A stretch of DNA of 63,600 bases, filler included, from Saprolegnia diclina VS20 (lineage: Eukaryota), in the NCBI RefSeq assembly GCF_000281045.1. It is 6 parts of 3 records of this genome, joined end to end, with 100 filler letters (N's around TTAATTAATTAA, not from the genome) between each part and the next. Parts side by side here need not be neighbours in the genome. Positions count along the whole stretch, not along the records: positions 59,265 to 61,176 come from NW_008246075.1; positions 61,277 to 62,484 come from NW_008246075.1; positions 62,585 to 63,600 come from NW_008246076.1; 3 more parts are not named here. One strand, given 5' to 3'. The position numbers were made by a program, and so were the translations under genes. The first letter of the stretch is position 1; every line of letters starts with the position of its first letter. The notes beneath the pieces were generated by a model that was not told the origin of the DNA, did not search any database, and saw only the letters and a list, made by a program, of their open reading frames with translations. Positions 60,055 to 63,600 of the stretch are shown here, one piece after another.

Positions 60055-61108
60055 CACGTAAGAGATGGGCTGACGTGGCTACACGAGTTTCACCGTCCAT
60101 GGTCGACAGGGCGTCGCGGACGCGGTGCCGTGTCTGGACGACCGCATGGAGTGCCGTGCACCTCGGGCGTCTCGCCACTCTTCTTCACTTCAACGACGAC
60201 ATTGAAGGTTCACGGTGGCGACGTCGGAATGAAATGATGTCATCGTGACATACCCGCCGTTTCATCTCGTGGAAGGCGCGGCACGCGCCAAGCCGTCCAA
60301 CATCGCGCTTTTGTGTGCCAGCATGAGTTTCAATATGTACTTATCATGTCTTATCATGCTANNNNNNNNNNNNNNNNNNNNNNNNNNNNNNNNNNNNNNN
60401 NNNNNNNNNNNNNNNNNNNNNNNNNNNNNNNNNNNNNNNNNNNNNNNNNNNNNNNNNNNNNTGCGTCGGCATCCGCTGCAGTTGCAGCTGCAGCACTCGA
60501 CGTCGCCACGGCATGACGAGAATTTCGAGATCGAGCACGTCTTTACATTTGGCAACGTCATCGACGAGCTGTTTGTGTGCAAGGTGCGCCAGCCAGGACA
60601 AGTCACGGCCTCGGAGCTGCGCGACCATTTGGCCCACCAGCGCGACGCCACCGAGCTTACGAAACAGACGCAGCGCATCACATTCGCGACGCGATGATGG
60701 CCTCCATGATGACCGAGCACGACGCATCTCACTGCAACCACTGGTGACATAACATTTTTAGTATATGAAATTCTATGTCATCCCAGTGCGATCGACACAG
60801 CCACGTAAGAGATGGGCTGACGTGGCTACACGAGTTTCACCGTGCATGGTCGACAGGGCGTCGCGGACACGGTGCCGTGTCTGGACGGCCGCATGGAGTG
60901 CCGTGCACCTCGGGCGTCTCGCCACTCTTCTTCACTTCAACGACGACATTGAAGGTTCACTGTGGCGACGTCGGAATGAAATGATGTCATCGTGACATAC
61001 CCGCCGTTTCATCTCGGGGAAGGCGCGGCACTCGCGAAGCCATCCAACATCGCGCTTTCGTGTGCCAGCATGAGTTTCAATATGTACGTATCATGTCTTA
61101 TCATGCTA
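60055..61108. repeat. About 307-bp direct repeat (60055-60361 and 60802-61108)
   Basis: cacgtaagagatgggctgacgtggc...tcatgtcttatcatgcta occurs twice with scattered substitutions. Confidence 0.92.
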
Positions 61109-62790
61109 TAGAACTAAGAAAAGAAGGACACCAAATGCAAATATTCAAATTTGTATTACGATGCACAATATGTCTGNNNNNNNNNNNNNNNNNNNNNNNN
61201 NNNNNNNNNNNNNNNNNNNNTTAATTAATTAANNNNNNNNNNNNNNNNNNNNNNNNNNNNNNNNNNNNNNNNNNNNTAGAGACGAGCGCTCGTCGTCGCC
61301 AGGAATCGATCTTGGTTGAAGCGCCACACCAAGCACCAAGCTCGATCGAAATGCAATGCCTCTCGACCACACTTGTAGAGGTCATCGTGGCTCCATCTAT
61401 CCTCCTCACCTCGTCATGAAGCGTTGGATACGCATGGTCACCATAAACAGGCTACTGGTACATGTGCCGTTTACGTGTGGGAGTGAGTTGCTCGCGTTCA
61501 TTACCAAACAGCCTCAGTCTTTTCCACGGTGCGTCCGCGCCGCTTGCCTGGGTACCTGCAGAGATGAGCACGCTCACTTGATGGATCCGAGACTCGAACG
61601 ACATCGAGGATACGACCCGAACAGCGTGATTGCTGAGCTCGAGTAGGCGTAAGGGCCCTCCGTACTTGCTATGCTATAGCGATTCTAGTCAAACCAAAAA
61701 GTCTGTGCAGCCCAATGCGAGTAATACAAGGCTACATTGCTTCGGGGTCGACTATCCGGATGAACATATCCGGGTGCCGGGCGAGTGCCGTGACATCGGC
61801 CGTGATCACTGACAGTTACACAGTACTTTGCCACGAGCTTTTGAAACCGTCAAAAACGAACGGACAAGCAAGCTCGAACGCACGCCGAACTAGGGATGCG
61901 CCGTACGATCGTCGCACTCACTCTATCCGTCTCTCACTCGAATCATTTCGACAGAAAGCGTGCGGAGGTGCCTACTCCATTGACGTATGTCGCGTGCATA
62001 GGCTGCTGGTGAGCGCATGGTATATATTTTCGGTTTTAAAAGGTGCCCAGCAGCAAATGGTACAACAGTCATACTTGTGTATCAAACGAGAGGTAGCGGT
62101 CGGATCCGCGCCGAAAAGCAACCCCGTCTTCATTCACCGACGATCGAAGTCGACACATTTCGGCCGAGATTGGGGGCACGTGAAGGTGAGATCTTGAACA
62201 TTACAAAACCATACAGTGCTTGGTCTGCACATGCGACTGTTGCGTGAGAGCCCTTGAGCACAAATCACAGCGCGATTGGCCACAGGCAGCACGCTGCGAC
62301 AGAGTGCCTTGAAACCGCCGAGAGAAATTGAACAGACCAACATGGATTACAGGATTGCGCGAGACTATAATTACGCCCCAAAACTTTCCTGCACAGTGAT
62401 CACTGTATGTTTTGCAATCGTCGATCGTCCTCCGGACCGGCGCTTCAGGCGATACACAGTTTGTGGCTAGAGCTAGAGCCGGCANNNNNNNNNNNNNNNN
62501 NNNNNNNNNNNNNNNNNNNNNNNNNNNNTTAATTAATTAANNNNNNNNNNNNNNNNNNNNNNNNNNNNNNNNNNNNNNNNNNNNCGCGTCGTCGGTCGCA
62601 GGGTCATCGTCAGGCCAAACAGCAAAATGATACTGATTGGCTGGCTGAAAACGATTTGACCAATCAAAGGAGAATGCTTCATACCCGGTTAAGACGAAAT
62701 TGGCCCTCGAAACTGGAAATACTTTTTTATGCTTGAGGCCATCGGCCCGACTTGAGTCGTTTTGGAGTCGGCTCAGGCTCGAGATTTGAA

Positions 62791-62860
62791 GCCGAGCCGA
62801 GCCGAGCCGAGCCGAGCCGAGCCGAGCCGAGCCGAGCCGAGCCGAGCCGAGCCGAGCCGA
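62791..62860. repeat. (GCCGA)14 pentanucleotide repeat
   Basis: 14 perfect units read directly. Confidence 0.97.
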
Positions 62861-63600
62861 GCCACGATGAGCCCTGCCGGTTACCACCGGTCCTTCGTAG
62901 AGGGGAATTGCTTTTCGCCATGAGCGAGTGCCCCGGTGCATGATTTTACGATATTACCATCAACCCTACATCACCGCGTCATATCGAACTTCCTCCTTCT
63001 TCTCTTTCTTCGATTTAACAGGCACACGTTTGTTATAGTCCCACCACGTAAAGGGTAGTCGTCACATCATTCCCATCACCTTGTCTGCTCGGTTCCCGCG
63101 TGATCTGCTAGCTGCGGCTGACGCTAGCTCTCCAGTTGCTCAATATTGTCAGATATGACGACTACCTTGTTCGCCATATATGCATCGAGGCTCGACATCA
63201 ACCACCTATCCACTCCACAATGCTCGACCATCAAGTATTGCCTCTCATATTACATACCATGATGCAAGCAAATTTGAAAATGAAAATGGCGATCATTGCT
63301 AGTCTCTACGTATGCGAAGTCTTTGTGTAATTATGAAGATAACGCGAAACACGTTCATATATAAAATGGCGATCGGTAGAGCTTGTCGGACATGACGTCG
63401 CGAGCTGACGTCGCTCGTTTGGATCTGACGGATAGCCATGTGATTGCGCCACATCAGATGAAGGCACTTGTTGCTCAGCGAATGCCCAGACGGTGGCGCG
63501 TTTCGCATGGTTAGTGGAAAAAGAAAATGACATACCGTAGCTTCCAGCTATCGACGTTCCGTGGATGCGAGTGACGTTTTCAATCAAAGACGAGCAGTTC

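Noticed and set aside
62727..62943. GSARL / AEPSR repeat proteins
   Set aside because: Translations of the (GCCGA)n microsatellite.

Overview
Eukaryotic, GC-rich genomic DNA that looks like an oomycete, probably Saprolegniales (inferred from 45-60 nt GT-AG introns, INR+FPR-type core promoters and the gene families). The draft is gapped and includes five artificial N-TTAATTAATTAA-N linkers. Recognisable conserved genes: GH89 alpha-N-acetylglucosaminidase, SF3B2, CCDC57, a CstF-64-like hinge/C-terminal protein, PEX11, a full-size ABCA transporter, the PP2A catalytic subunit and a group-3 LEA-like protein. Around them lie two expanded families of small, apparently intronless Cys/His-rich genes. 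Family A has 7 copies of WRKY19-like CxxxxC-x9-CxxH repeat proteins with an acidic LDxSIL tail. Family B has 7 copies of a C-x6-C-x15-C-x2-H finger plus basic helix plus acidic/hydrophobic tail. Both look like minimal transcription regulators. Birth-and-death turnover is visible: segmental duplications, an inverted pair, a MITE-truncated copy and a frameshifted copy. Also present are decayed L1-like non-LTR retrotransposon fragments (an inverted pair with a convergent RNase H ORF), MITE candidates and dispersed or tandem repeats. All calls come from reading the sequence; no searches were run.
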